A stretch of DNA of 63,998 nt, the filler included, from Asterionella formosa (taxonomy: Eukaryota), in the NCBI GenBank assembly GCA_002256025.1. It is 5 parts of 5 records of this genome, joined end to end, with 100 filler letters (N's around TTAATTAATTAA, not from the genome) between each part and the next. Parts side by side here need not be neighbours in the genome. Positions count along the whole stretch, not along the records: positions 51,427 to 63,998 come from NKIB01007425.1; 4 more parts are not named here. The stretch is one strand, 5' to 3'. Positions 51,427 to 62,006 of this stretch are shown here, one piece after another. Under the pieces are notes generated by a model that was not told the origin of the DNA, made no database searches, and was given only the letters and a program-made list of their open reading frames with translations. A program made the translations under genes and the position numbers. How positions within the stretch are numbered: the first letter of the stretch is position 1; the number at the start of each line of letters is the position of its first letter.

Positions 51427-51866
51427 AGATGGCTAAATCCTTATTTAAGCAAACCTACCGCAACTTGCCGGTACCAGGGTAGTCGAGTTCTCTTCTGATA
51501 GAGTTCTGATATACCGGTAGTCTAAATAAGCATTCCTAACCCTATGGGTACATGTGCAGTTAAGCGGGATCACTCACAGCAAGTTGCGGTAATTTTGCCG
51601 AAACTAAAGATTTTGCTATCTATTTGCCAGATTAAAATGTTAGTTTAAGCAAAATGACCGCAACTTGCAGGTAATAACGTTATGTAGAGCAAGTTGTGGT
51701 AAATGAAACATAAAGTGGCTAGCTTATTTATTCTTCATAGCAAAATCCGTCATATACTTCCTTACGGTACGTACCTAGCAAGTTCCGGTCATTGTGCGTG
51801 AATAAACAATTAAATATAGGATAAAGAGAGCTAATGTTTTAGATCCAGCAAATTACCGTAACTTGA
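51427..51866. repeat. GCAAGTTGCGGT/ACCGCAACTTGC palindromic unit cluster C
   Basis: Partial unit ending 51468, full unit 51579-51668, variant from 51689, and an oppositely oriented unit 51778-51866. Confidence 0.8.
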
Positions 51867-52704
51867 TACCAGGTAATGGTAACTGGTACTGGTACCTGAT
51901 TACGATACTGGTGCTTCCTATCATCCGTTGAGAACGAAAATAAACGTATGCTGTACCAAGCTGTAAGAAACTGCCCAGATGGCTTGCGTGCTCGAAGTTC
52001 GATTCCAATAATAAAGGAAGTAAGCCCAACGGTAACAGCATGGCTGACGGCCCCGTGTAACAAAACGTGTGTTTCACAGGTTCATCAGTAGTACATTTGG
52101 TAACAAGTTGTTCTCATTTTTGTTCGACCACGATGCTTTTGCTTATGTAGTATAACGTAGATACTGCCGGTATTCATGTTATGTATGATTCACGGTACTG
52201 GTTCTGGGAAACACCTAGTACCGGGGTACCGTTGTTTATTCCCTTCATAAGAAAAATCTTGGTTTTTTATTTGGTGAAATGCAGTATCGGTATTTGTTTG
52301 AATAAACAAGGGCGACAGACACTGCTTACTATACTCACGGATAGAACGACACTCTTTTGGAAGGCCTGTGAGTTAGATTGAATCTGTCACGAGAGCATCT
52401 ATTTTGGATCAAACTCGCGCTGAAAAGCAAAGAACAATAAGAAAACGAAAAAAGGCTTGAGTGAGCAGTTCCAGTTTGTGGCTTCGCTCGTCCGAATTTG
52501 TCGACTCTCACTGCAAAGGTCGATTTGCGAAATCATTGAGAAATCTTTTATGTATTCATCGAATTTACTGAACAAACATCCAACTTTTTATTGCGGTTTG
52601 ATTGAGGATTCATAACCCCTATTCTTGATTTTACCTCAGTAAGAAATCGATACCCAGCAAAGTTGACTTTATCATTGTTGATCTGAATTGTTCATCAATT
52701 GGAC

Positions 52705-55700
52705 ATGTCATCTGATCCAACAAGCCCGACGCTAAATCCCGAGGTTCCAAATGCATCTTCTGATATCGAAAACAACTGCCTTTTAATCCCATCGGCACCA
52801 AAGGGAAAAGAACGTAAGTCATCGGTGATGGACTCAGCCCCCACCATCCCTCCCGAGTCGGTTCCTCCAATCCTAGCATCCAAGAGACAAGCACCAAATT
52901 TCACTTCCAAGAGCCGTGGTCGCATTGTATCATTGGACAGAGATATGTTAGGTACAGATTTCTCCCTGAATATTCCTGCGTCTGCCGTCGACAACGACAT
53001 TGATGACAACAGCACCGTAACTTCGGACGGAGAATCTTCCTACTTTGCCAAAGATTTGCCGTCTCCCAAGAGTGGTCGAAATTATTCATTCTCGGATGCA
53101 GCATCTGCCAGTTCAGCTCCTGCTCGAGCTGGACTTTATCGGACTGCTTCCTACCGAGAATCCGATGCATCGTTGTCCTTTTCGGATGATGACGATGATG
53201 ATGTGCACGTCGCTGAACGAATTAATAATCCAAGATCACCCCTGTTGCCACCGCCTATTCCACGTGGAAATGGAATACATATTGATGAAGTTCCGATGTA
53301 CCATCAATGCGGAATTATTCGAATGCATTCGGCGAGCTCGTTGAACAGCTCGAACAGCGGCGCCGAAGGGCAATTCCAGGCGAAAGGTGTGCCCGGCCTA
53401 TATGTTGAAGACGACGAGAGTGATGCTGAGTTAGTAGAAATAGACCCACAACAATCGAGGATCTCGAGTCGTATGAGTGATCGACCAAGTGGAAGAAACC
53501 CACCTGCATCTCTATTTGCACAATTTTTCTCGAGCCCCATTAATCCACAGCCGTCACCCCCTACCATACTAAGCCACGGCTATCCTGACCTACCGACTCT
53601 TCCTCATCCTCAGCCTCAGCCCTTGGGTGAGAATGAAATGTTAGCTTGGATGACTGCTGGGAATGCAGCAGCCCAGCAACTGACTCAACAAGGTCATCCC
53701 CACTTCACGGGTTACGGAGCCACCTTCGTTGTGCCGCCACACCAGCTGCGAATCTCCCCAACCACAGCCGAAGTGGACATGAGTTGCGGAAACAGCATCG
53801 AAACAACTGCGGATAGTCGGGGTTCAGGAAGCCACGGAACCCTTCCAATGGTGTATAGTGACGACGAGGAAACCGACGAAGGTATACCTGTCCGTAAGCT
53901 GGCCGGGGGAAACCGACAATTGCGACCATCTGGCGCTCGCGCATTTGATGAAGGGTTCCGTGGAAACGCGAACGTGGATAATATCAATAAGAAAAGTTTC
54001 GAAAAAGATGGCGACGATAAGTCAAAAAATACTAGCGTGGAAAGCGGAATTGGCGCATCTGTGATAGACACGTTTCGAGATAACACACCGAGATCAGATT
54101 CAACCGAACCATCTCCGACACCGGAAAAAGATTATCTGGTTTATTGGCAACGATGGATGATGCTTTCGCTAATGTCAGCTCTCAATCTATTGTCCGATTG
54201 GACGTGCTACTCTGTTGCCCCAATCGCTATGCTGACGAGCGAAGCCTTTGGAAAAATTGACCCGGAGCAACTGGTTGTTGTCTTCCTGTGTGCAAACGTA
54301 GTTGCAACTGCATCCGAACCAATTATCTTATCTCGACTAGGACTTCGGCGAACGGTTGTCTTTGGTTCTTTGCTACTCATGATGGGAAGTGTCATAAAAA
54401 GTGGCGGGTTTCCTCCTATCATTGCATCGACCTTAGAAAAAGGGCACGGCGAGTGGCGGGTTTATCTTGGCTTCTTTCTAGTTGGGTTGTCTCAACCGCT
54501 CTATCAATGCACACCAGCTCTCTTGTCGGCCTCCTGGTTTCCAGAGCGGGAAAGAACATTGGCCACTGGTGTCGCATTGAATGCGAACCAATTGGGAATT
54601 GGATTCGCTTTCATCTTTGGCACACTCCTTGTCTCGTCTAGCGACGACATTGTACCATACTTTGGCTTGCTTAGCATCGTGTCCACATTGAGTTTCATTG
54701 GGACCCTCCTATTCTTTGATGATGCGCCCCCGACGCCTCCTTCCGACACGGCTCGTGTGATAAGAGGTACATTCGAATGGCGACTTCCCAATGCCGATCA
54801 GCTTTGGAAATCAGTCCGAATTTTGGGCAGTAACTCAAATCCTGGTAGCAGCACATCTCGCAGTGCTCCGAACCTTGACGATTCTTTACGCATGCAAGAT
54901 GCACAGTTGTTGCAACGCCCAACTGACCTCCAATATTCCGTGGGGTCCGCAGATCGAACGTCGATGGGGCGTAAGCCGGCCGCGAAATCTGCTGCCTCTG
55001 CTACACGGCGCCGAACGGGACCAAAATATCGTACAACGACAGAAGATGCCGACACGGGCCACAGTGGGAGTACCCCGTTGCAGCCTCCCTCGTCAGCGTC
55101 AACAATTCAACCGATCGCGATACAAATATCTTCCTGGGAACACCAGGCAATTGAACTTGAGCTTCTGCTACCATCTCCAATGTTGACAGGTAAAGTCGGA
55201 CAGGACACGCCATCGAGCAAAGATGACGACGAATCCCCTTCGTTTGATTCCCCAGGACTACACCATCAACCAGGCCAGCCAAGTCTCCAAGATCCTTCAT
55301 TGCTCAACCAAAGCTACGGCTATCCTCCACAAGGAATGCCAATGTATCAATACCCCTCAGATCAGTTGTCTGGAAATTCCGGGTTTTATGGTGGTCCACC
55401 CCCACCGTGGCCACCACAACTCCAACATCGTTACTACGACCATCACTTTCAACAGAATCCCCTGCCATTCCTGGCTTATCCTCCGCAACAGTTACCATCA
55501 GCTTACACATCACAACCTCCGCATGGGTATTTTTACTACCCAGCAGGGAATCCGTACTACCCTCAGATTTATCCAAATCAATATTTGGGTGTGTATGACC
55601 CTGATGACACCGAGGGACCACCAATAGGAACTTTTGATGACGGGGCCGAGCCAACCCTGACAATCACTGATCACCACTTGGATATCAACATCCGCGATGA

Positions 55701-56529
55701 CCAAGTGATTTTATCTATCAGGGCATGCATTTCTCGGCCTGGTTTTATCCATGCTCTTGCAGCATTTACAGCATCTGGTATTGTTATCAACACTTTATCT
55801 ACTTTTATGGACTATCTTGTTCGGCTGAATGGGGCAGGTCGAGAGTACGTGGGTATTGTAGGTGGCCTTTTTCAGTTTGTGATTATGGTTTCGAGTTTGA
55901 TTATCGGAAAGCAAACTGACAAGACGCGCGCATACTATTCTGTTACAATAGGAATGTTGGTATTAGGAGCGTTTGGACTTGCTGAGTGCGGGGTCAGTCT
56001 GGATGCTGACCGCGGAGGTGATGTTCGTTGGTCCCTCATCATAGTTGCATGCTTGGTCGGACCACTTCAACCAGTTTCAACTGAACTTGGAGTCGAAGTG
56101 GCTTATCCGCTCAGCGAAAATACTGTGTTGGTCATTCAACAGCTTTTTTCAAATCTTCTTAGTGCACTTTTTATCCCATTTTTCAAAGCATTGAAAGATA
56201 TTGGCACTGAACGAATAGATGCAACAGAGCTGTATGAAAGGCCCGCATACACATTTTCGTTTTATCTTCTTATTGTCATTCATGCATCAGTGACAGTGTT
56301 TTTTGCAACTTTCAATGGGCGATACCTGAGGTACGAACACGAGCTGGCCAAGAAGGCAAAAGAAGAAAGAAAACTTGGCGATGGCTCAACAGATTTCAAT
56401 CCCACCCAAGCTGACTTTAACAATGGTAGCTTCGACAGGTCTGGCCATTTAGGACAATATAGTTACCAAAACGAGGGGGTGGTGTACCCTGACGAGAACC
56501 AGCCTCTCATGCGAAGGGTTGGGCTATAG
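52705..56529 (+). CDS. MFS transporter (SLC49/FLVCR-like) with long disordered N-terminus and central loop
   Basis: Two blocks of about six hydrophobic helices; VYWQRW, LGLRRTVV, SASWFPERERTLAT, ELGVEVAYP motifs; first ATG at 52705. Confidence 0.88.
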   Translation: MSSDPTSPTLNPEVPNASSDIENNCLLIPSAPKGKERKSSVMDSAPTIPPESVPPILASKRQAPNFTSKSRGRIVSLDRDMLGTDFSLNIPASAVDNDIDDNSTVTSDGESSYFAKDLPSPKSGRNYSFSDAASASSAPARAGLYRTASYRESDASLSFSDDDDDDVHVAERINNPRSPLLPPPIPRGNGIHIDEVPMYHQCGIIRMHSASSLNSSNSGAEGQFQAKGVPGLYVEDDESDAELVEIDPQQSRISSRMSDRPSGRNPPASLFAQFFSSPINPQPSPPTILSHGYPDLPTLPHPQPQPLGENEMLAWMTAGNAAAQQLTQQGHPHFTGYGATFVVPPHQLRISPTTAEVDMSCGNSIETTADSRGSGSHGTLPMVYSDDEETDEGIPVRKLAGGNRQLRPSGARAFDEGFRGNANVDNINKKSFEKDGDDKSKNTSVESGIGASVIDTFRDNTPRSDSTEPSPTPEKDYLVYWQRWMMLSLMSALNLLSDWTCYSVAPIAMLTSEAFGKIDPEQLVVVFLCANVVATASEPIILSRLGLRRTVVFGSLLLMMGSVIKSGGFPPIIASTLEKGHGEWRVYLGFFLVGLSQPLYQCTPALLSASWFPERERTLATGVALNANQLGIGFAFIFGTLLVSSSDDIVPYFGLLSIVSTLSFIGTLLFFDDAPPTPPSDTARVIRGTFEWRLPNADQLWKSVRILGSNSNPGSSTSRSAPNLDDSLRMQDAQLLQRPTDLQYSVGSADRTSMGRKPAAKSAASATRRRTGPKYRTTTEDADTGHSGSTPLQPPSSASTIQPIAIQISSWEHQAIELELLLPSPMLTGKVGQDTPSSKDDDESPSFDSPGLHHQPGQPSLQDPSLLNQSYGYPPQGMPMYQYPSDQLSGNSGFYGGPPPPWPPQLQHRYYDHHFQQNPLPFLAYPPQQLPSAYTSQPPHGYFYYPAGNPYYPQIYPNQYLGVYDPDDTEGPPIGTFDDGAEPTLTITDHHLDINIRDDQVILSIRACISRPGFIHALAAFTASGIVINTLSTFMDYLVRLNGAGREYVGIVGGLFQFVIMVSSLIIGKQTDKTRAYYSVTIGMLVLGAFGLAECGVSLDADRGGDVRWSLIIVACLVGPLQPVSTELGVEVAYPLSENTVLVIQQLFSNLLSALFIPFFKALKDIGTERIDATELYERPAYTFSFYLLIVIHASVTVFFATFNGRYLRYEHELAKKAKEERKLGDGSTDFNPTQADFNNGSFDRSGHLGQYSYQNEGVVYPDENQPLMRRVGL

Positions 56530-56631
56530 CAACTGATGATTTACCAACATATTAAGAATGAGAACTGTAAATAGTGTTATTGTGCTTTTCCGTATTATTA
56601 TTGTCGTGCGCCAACATTCATGTAGATTCTG

Positions 56632-59600
56632 CTATCTGATGGCATTATTCAAGTCAATCGTTCGTCGTTTCACTCTCACTGGTGGCAACTGGACTTCCTC
56701 GTCATTTCTCAAGTCCTCAACAACTACACAGAGATCAATAAAGGTCTTACGGCTGAGCTCATCCCATTGACAGCGAGATGAGCCAAGGGCATCACGCCCT
56801 GCAAAATCATCATCGTAGCCACCTTGAACAGCTTGCTTGACAACCACCCACAATGGCTGCTTCAAGATGTGTTTGTCTGCTTCGTGCAAGAAATTAGCAT
56901 ATAGTAAATAAGGTCCAAATGATATGCTTGAAATCACAATGTCTTGTGCGTCATCTAACAACACCTTCTTCTTTAATTTTCCTAACAGTCCTTCCAAAGT
57001 GATGCCCCCTCTAGACGCTGCCTTTTTGGTCTCTTTAACTACTATTCGGTCCCATTCAGTATACGTTGCCCCTCGCAAACCAGTAACTTCTTCAGCTGGC
57101 AAGGGAGCCGTGAATGCAAAGAAAGGGAGCGCTAGATTAATGAAAGCATTTCGATGTCGTTCAAGTGGTGCATTTTGCACCAGTTTGAGCAATTCTATGC
57201 AAGCAAGGGCTGAAACAAACGCTGTTGTTGTTATCATTGCTGGGATGATTCTGCCGGCGATGCGTCTGGTTTCCATGGCATCAACCGGTGTGATCCCATA
57301 ACAAAGTGCTCTGAGATTGCTTGCAGCTGTAATAAAGGCAACATGGCCATTCAATTCGTCGTCTTTCTCAAATTCAATGACTTGTAATGGGTTTGGACAA
57401 GAAACAGTATATTCAAGACAGTGAGCAACTCTGTCATAGGGCCTTTCCAAGAATGATTTTGTGGCTTCGCATGCTTGACATTGTGTTGCCAAAATGGCTT
57501 CAATAGCTTCTTCGGTAGACACTTCTGTTTGTCCATCCAAAGACGAGGACAGCATTCCAATTCTGAGTCTCCCTGCAGCTCGAACAAATTCTAAAATGTT
57601 TTCATTGACCTTCGAGCCGTCATTATTGTTAGAGTAGCCTAGAGCTATAGGAACTCGGCGAGTACCAGACCAGAAAGGCTCACCATCATCGCCAATGCTG
57701 TCGGCTGGATGTTCTTTTAACAAATCATCAACTGCATCAGAAAACAGTCGTTTCACCTCAGTTGCTGCCCACTGTATAGCCTCTGTTCGAACTGCTGCTC
57801 GACTCATTGTGGAGAAATCGATTTTTAAGTCTTGTTTCAATTCTTCTGCTGCCTGAATTGCTGCCTCATCGCCAAGATCATTGATGAGTTTCTTGGCAAC
57901 AATTGGAACTTCTTGCAAAGTCAAAAATGTTCGGTATTCGTTCGCTTGCTTTGGCCGCCGTTCAAAATAACCTTCAAATAGGTCCCTACCCCACTGAATG
58001 GTGTGTGCTATTGCATACGGAAAGTTCTTCAAAGTACAAATGGGAATGGCTGGATCAGGGGGATCAGCACTGAATCCGTATGATTCACTCTGATGCGGAA
58101 CTACCACCTGTACATTCCCTTTTGACCCCAAGGTACCGGCATCGATCAGTGCCTTGTTATAGACAACACATTGCCCATCCATATAGAGCCGAGCTTCAAC
58201 ATTGTCCAAAGCGTTCATGATGACTCCAACTTCATTTTCCCAGAATTTATCGTTGAAGTGTCCATATTCTTCGTCGCCAACCTTGTTGGTGTGAACTTGA
58301 ATATTGATTGACGGATTAAACCTTTGCACAGCTTTCTCTGCCGCTTTGCTCTTAAATTTACCAATATCTCCATCGCGGAAGAGCAGTTGTCGACTCAAAT
58401 TTGACTTTTCGATCGTGTCCATATCAGTTATAATCACTCTCCCATTCTTATTGCCTGCATCCATTGCTGAAAGATTCTTCAACAGTTCACAACCAATAGC
58501 ACCTGCACCGACTATGAACAAGTTAGTGTTTGCCAGCTTGGTACAAAAGGTCTCGCCAAAAATGTACTCTAGGCCAGATGTTGCACTGGCTTCGTCTTCA
58601 GCCCCCAAACTGTGGCTTTCATCAAGCAGCTCGTCACAGTCATAGAGCAAGAACTGTTTTACTGGATTGTAGAGGCCACTCACAGCCTTCAGTGCCTCTT
58701 GCGCCCCAATAGCCCCGATAATTCCCTGCAAAGGAGTTAGCTTTGCTGCGCAGCATCGTGTGAATTTTTCTACAAGTGACTTTGATGCAATCGAGTTGAA
58801 TGGCACATCTCCATTGGCGCCAAGTTCACGAAATCGATCCTCATTAACTCTTGAAGGATATTTATTATTTGCTTTTAGATATATTGGAAGTGCCTGGAAA
58901 CAAGACAAAAGAGAAATTCTTCTGGCATGATCGAAACTCTTGTCGAGATCACAAGGTGCAAAAAGCGACCCGTCGTGCTCGGCCTTTGCCAGTGCATCCT
59001 CCATAGACAAGAAACTAACCACGTGGGGAAGCTTGAACCGACTGAACGACGTAGCTTGTTTGTTGACTTGTGATACATATTCATTTATAGATTCGACTTT
59101 TGACGCAAGTCGGACTGAAAACCGAAAGGGACCATACACCGTATTGACAACACAAGGGGGAGTCAAGGCTTCACCATTGCCGAGATGAAAATGTATATGA
59201 TCACCGTTTGAAACGTCATGTTTTTCTCCTGAGATGCAATGTACCATTATAGTTTCATTTCCTTCAATTTCTATTCGATCTAACGGTATTATTAATGGCG
59301 TTTCACCATCGATATCAAACACTTGAAATGAAGGCCCAAAATCGCAAAATATTCTCCCGTACACCCCAGCCGTCTCTGCAGCAACAAACTTGAGATTCAG
59401 TTGTCGGCAAAGTTTATTAAGTAGCAACTGACTTTGCTGTGGTCGATCGATGGATAGTAGGACGCCGTTTTCGGTACTTTCCAATTCACTTCGTTTCAGT
59501 ATTGTGACAAAGACCGAAGGATTCAGCCTCCGAATATACTCAAGCAAGACAGTGTCATCGGTAGTTCCATCGTCCATGGAGTGACCAAGCTCTGAGCGAG

Positions 59601-60021
59601 CAGCTCGACCGTACGCTTTCCCCAAATCATCTAACTTGTCGACGTGATAGGCTTTCTCGCTGGCATCATTGCTGGTAAGAATCACAATTTTCCCGACTCC
59701 TGAGAGGGCTAAATTCTTGGCACATTCGTATAACAAGCCAGATGCTAGTGGACCATCCAAATAAACAGTGGCACCTCGAACTAGACTGTGGGCTCTGGCC
59801 CCCAAGGTATACACCTGTCGACTATAACGCTCGTCATCGGGGTAATCATTATTCCCCCCTCGAATGGACGAGATGCGCGAGATTCCGGTCGGCAGAGTCC
59901 GAAATTTACTCCAACTTGCTTTTTGAAAATAGCTTGACAATCCACTTCCTGGGAGCCATCTCCGCGCACCCATAGCATTATGAAGCGATATCACGACGAT
60001 CAAGAGATGAACGCTCCACAT
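56632..60021 (-). CDS. Ubiquitin-activating enzyme E1 (UBA1-type) with N-terminal targeting presequence
   Basis: RYSRQVYTLG, VGAGAIGCELLKN, DMDTIEKSNLSRQLLF, catalytic PICTLKNFP, FEKDD, AGRIIPAMITTT. Confidence 0.95.
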   Translation of the reverse strand: MWSVHLLIVVISLHNAMGARRWLPGSGLSSYFQKASWSKFRTLPTGISRISSIRGGNNDYPDDERYSRQVYTLGARAHSLVRGATVYLDGPLASGLLYECAKNLALSGVGKIVILTSNDASEKAYHVDKLDDLGKAYGRAARSELGHSMDDGTTDDTVLLEYIRRLNPSVFVTILKRSELESTENGVLLSIDRPQQSQLLLNKLCRQLNLKFVAAETAGVYGRIFCDFGPSFQVFDIDGETPLIIPLDRIEIEGNETIMVHCISGEKHDVSNGDHIHFHLGNGEALTPPCVVNTVYGPFRFSVRLASKVESINEYVSQVNKQATSFSRFKLPHVVSFLSMEDALAKAEHDGSLFAPCDLDKSFDHARRISLLSCFQALPIYLKANNKYPSRVNEDRFRELGANGDVPFNSIASKSLVEKFTRCCAAKLTPLQGIIGAIGAQEALKAVSGLYNPVKQFLLYDCDELLDESHSLGAEDEASATSGLEYIFGETFCTKLANTNLFIVGAGAIGCELLKNLSAMDAGNKNGRVIITDMDTIEKSNLSRQLLFRDGDIGKFKSKAAEKAVQRFNPSINIQVHTNKVGDEEYGHFNDKFWENEVGVIMNALDNVEARLYMDGQCVVYNKALIDAGTLGSKGNVQVVVPHQSESYGFSADPPDPAIPICTLKNFPYAIAHTIQWGRDLFEGYFERRPKQANEYRTFLTLQEVPIVAKKLINDLGDEAAIQAAEELKQDLKIDFSTMSRAAVRTEAIQWAATEVKRLFSDAVDDLLKEHPADSIGDDGEPFWSGTRRVPIALGYSNNNDGSKVNENILEFVRAAGRLRIGMLSSSLDGQTEVSTEEAIEAILATQCQACEATKSFLERPYDRVAHCLEYTVSCPNPLQVIEFEKDDELNGHVAFITAASNLRALCYGITPVDAMETRRIAGRIIPAMITTTAFVSALACIELLKLVQNAPLERHRNAFINLALPFFAFTAPLPAEEVTGLRGATYTEWDRIVVKETKKAASRGGITLEGLLGKLKKKVLLDDAQDIVISSISFGPYLLYANFLHEADKHILKQPLWVVVKQAVQGGYDDDFAGRDALGSSRCQWDELSRKTFIDLCVVVEDLRNDEEVQLPPVRVKRRTIDLNNAIR

Positions 60022-60715
60022 TTTTCATATGTACTTGAAACCAGCTATGTTTTGAACTGTTGTGAGACTTCCAGGCGAGGTTGATCAAGACGCTTCAATA
60101 CTATTTTAACACGTGCGTGTGGTACAAATTCGTTCGTATAGTTCATATTTAACTCTCCTTCTCCACTAGCTATGACGATAGAGTAATGAATTAACATGTA
60201 TTGTGGTATTTATTTTTATGCAATAAAATGTCGTCGGCTCGTCCGAATGATCCAACAAGTATAAGGTAATCGAAACGTTTCCGCGTGGCACTTTCTACAT
60301 GACACTTTACGAGCTAGTTTAGTGGGTACTGTATATATTATCCGGTATCCGGCACGAGGAACAGACATGCCGGTGACAATCATATACCGGTAGGCACCGG
60401 TCCTGGTGTGCTTACATCAAACATTAATCTAGACGCGATACGAAATAACGGTATGTATACTACATTGACTAGCTACGTGGCACCAAGTACCGTATGTATT
60501 TATGTAATATAGTACCCCCTGCCCCCTGGTACCTGGTACAAGGTATCTTACCAGGTACCGGCACTGCGAAAGAAAGAAATCAGAGCAACTTGAACGCACA
60601 GGCTCGCTCGTTTCATTATTGCCGATGCAACATTCAACATAAAACGCATTGTCACCTTCCCTCTCATTCACCAATTAAGTACCGGTACATCGGTTTGGGA
60701 TCCATAGTGGACCAA

Positions 60716-61933
60716 ATGGTGGAACACGCCCTTTCGTTTTCGGATTCTGAAGTCAAGCCAATTCCATACTACTGCATGGAAGGCATTTGTTATCTGAACA
60801 ATGCGGCCGCCGCCCCACTATCACCAAGCGTCATATCGGCCGGGTGGAAAGCGATGCAACAACCTCCCTGGGCAATGGAGTCAGACGATGACCAAGAAGC
60901 GGTTCGTAGACTTTTTTCTCAATTGATCGCAGCGGACGAAGATTGTGTCGCCACAATGCCAAGTACGGCGTTTGCCATCACTTTGGCAGCAGAGAACATT
61001 AAGCGCACAGCCATACGACCAGGAAAGATACTTGTTCTGCAAGATCAAATGTGTTCGGCAGTGTATGGCTTCCAGAATATTTGCGACACGACGGAAGGAT
61101 TTACCTTGGAAATCGTTCCATATCCAAGCAGTGACGGGGGATGGACTCAATCTGTACTGGAGAATCTATCGGATGACATTGTAGTTGCATGTGTGCCTCC
61201 TCTACACTGGTCGGACGGAGCAATCATAGATCTCGATGCTGTTGGAGTTTCATGCAGACAGAAGGGAATCGTTCTTATTGTGGACGCTACGCAAGCTGTG
61301 GGAATAATGCCAATCAACGTAGGAACGATTAAGCCAGCTTTGCTCGCTTGTAGCATTCACAAATGGCTTCGTGGACCAGTTGGGATGTGCCTAGTCTATG
61401 TGGAAAAGGATCTCCACCAGAAGTGGCTTCCATTAGACCAACACGGTAGATCGAGAGACCACCACGGAAGTGGATCGGCGTGGGATGCGTCAAAGGATGA
61501 AATGGGTCCAGGTGGGTATTCCGCGGACTACTTGCAAGGTGCTAGGAAGTTTGACAGTGGAGGAAAACCAAACCCATTGCTGTTACCGATGCTGCGAGCT
61601 TCATTGACGAGTGTGATCAATATTGACGTCGCGCAAGTTCAAATTGATCTACAGCACCTAATGCAACCTTTGCTCGACTGGGCAGAAGGCAAAGGTTGGC
61701 TGTTGACGCCTGGCCAACACGTGTCGCACCTCATTGGTTTACGACCGAAAAATATGGCTACCAAGCAAATGGTAGACATATGCGTTGGTCTACAGGATGA
61801 TGGTGTTTATATCGCTGTGAGATGCGGAGCCTTTCGAATTTCCCCTTATGTCGACACGACCACTGCTGATATCGAACGCCTCATTGCGGGATTTGAATGT
61901 CATATAAAAAATGAGGGGATACCGGACCGATAG
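60716..61933 (+). CDS. PLP-dependent class V aminotransferase (cysteine desulfurase/lyase-like)
   Basis: YLNNAAAAP, LIVDATQAVG, ACSIHKWLRGPVG (PLP lysine), FRISP; start at ATG 60716 inferred, since the upstream in-frame part runs through a GGTACC-rich patch. Confidence 0.88.
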   Translation: MVEHALSFSDSEVKPIPYYCMEGICYLNNAAAAPLSPSVISAGWKAMQQPPWAMESDDDQEAVRRLFSQLIAADEDCVATMPSTAFAITLAAENIKRTAIRPGKILVLQDQMCSAVYGFQNICDTTEGFTLEIVPYPSSDGGWTQSVLENLSDDIVVACVPPLHWSDGAIIDLDAVGVSCRQKGIVLIVDATQAVGIMPINVGTIKPALLACSIHKWLRGPVGMCLVYVEKDLHQKWLPLDQHGRSRDHHGSGSAWDASKDEMGPGGYSADYLQGARKFDSGGKPNPLLLPMLRASLTSVINIDVAQVQIDLQHLMQPLLDWAEGKGWLLTPGQHVSHLIGLRPKNMATKQMVDICVGLQDDGVYIAVRCGAFRISPYVDTTTADIERLIAGFECHIKNEGIPDR

Positions 61934-62006
61934 ATGTGTACCCTATATCCGACGCCTCATATTTCCTCGTCGTCAACCTCTTGTTTGGTATATGTGCTGT
62001 TCCCTG

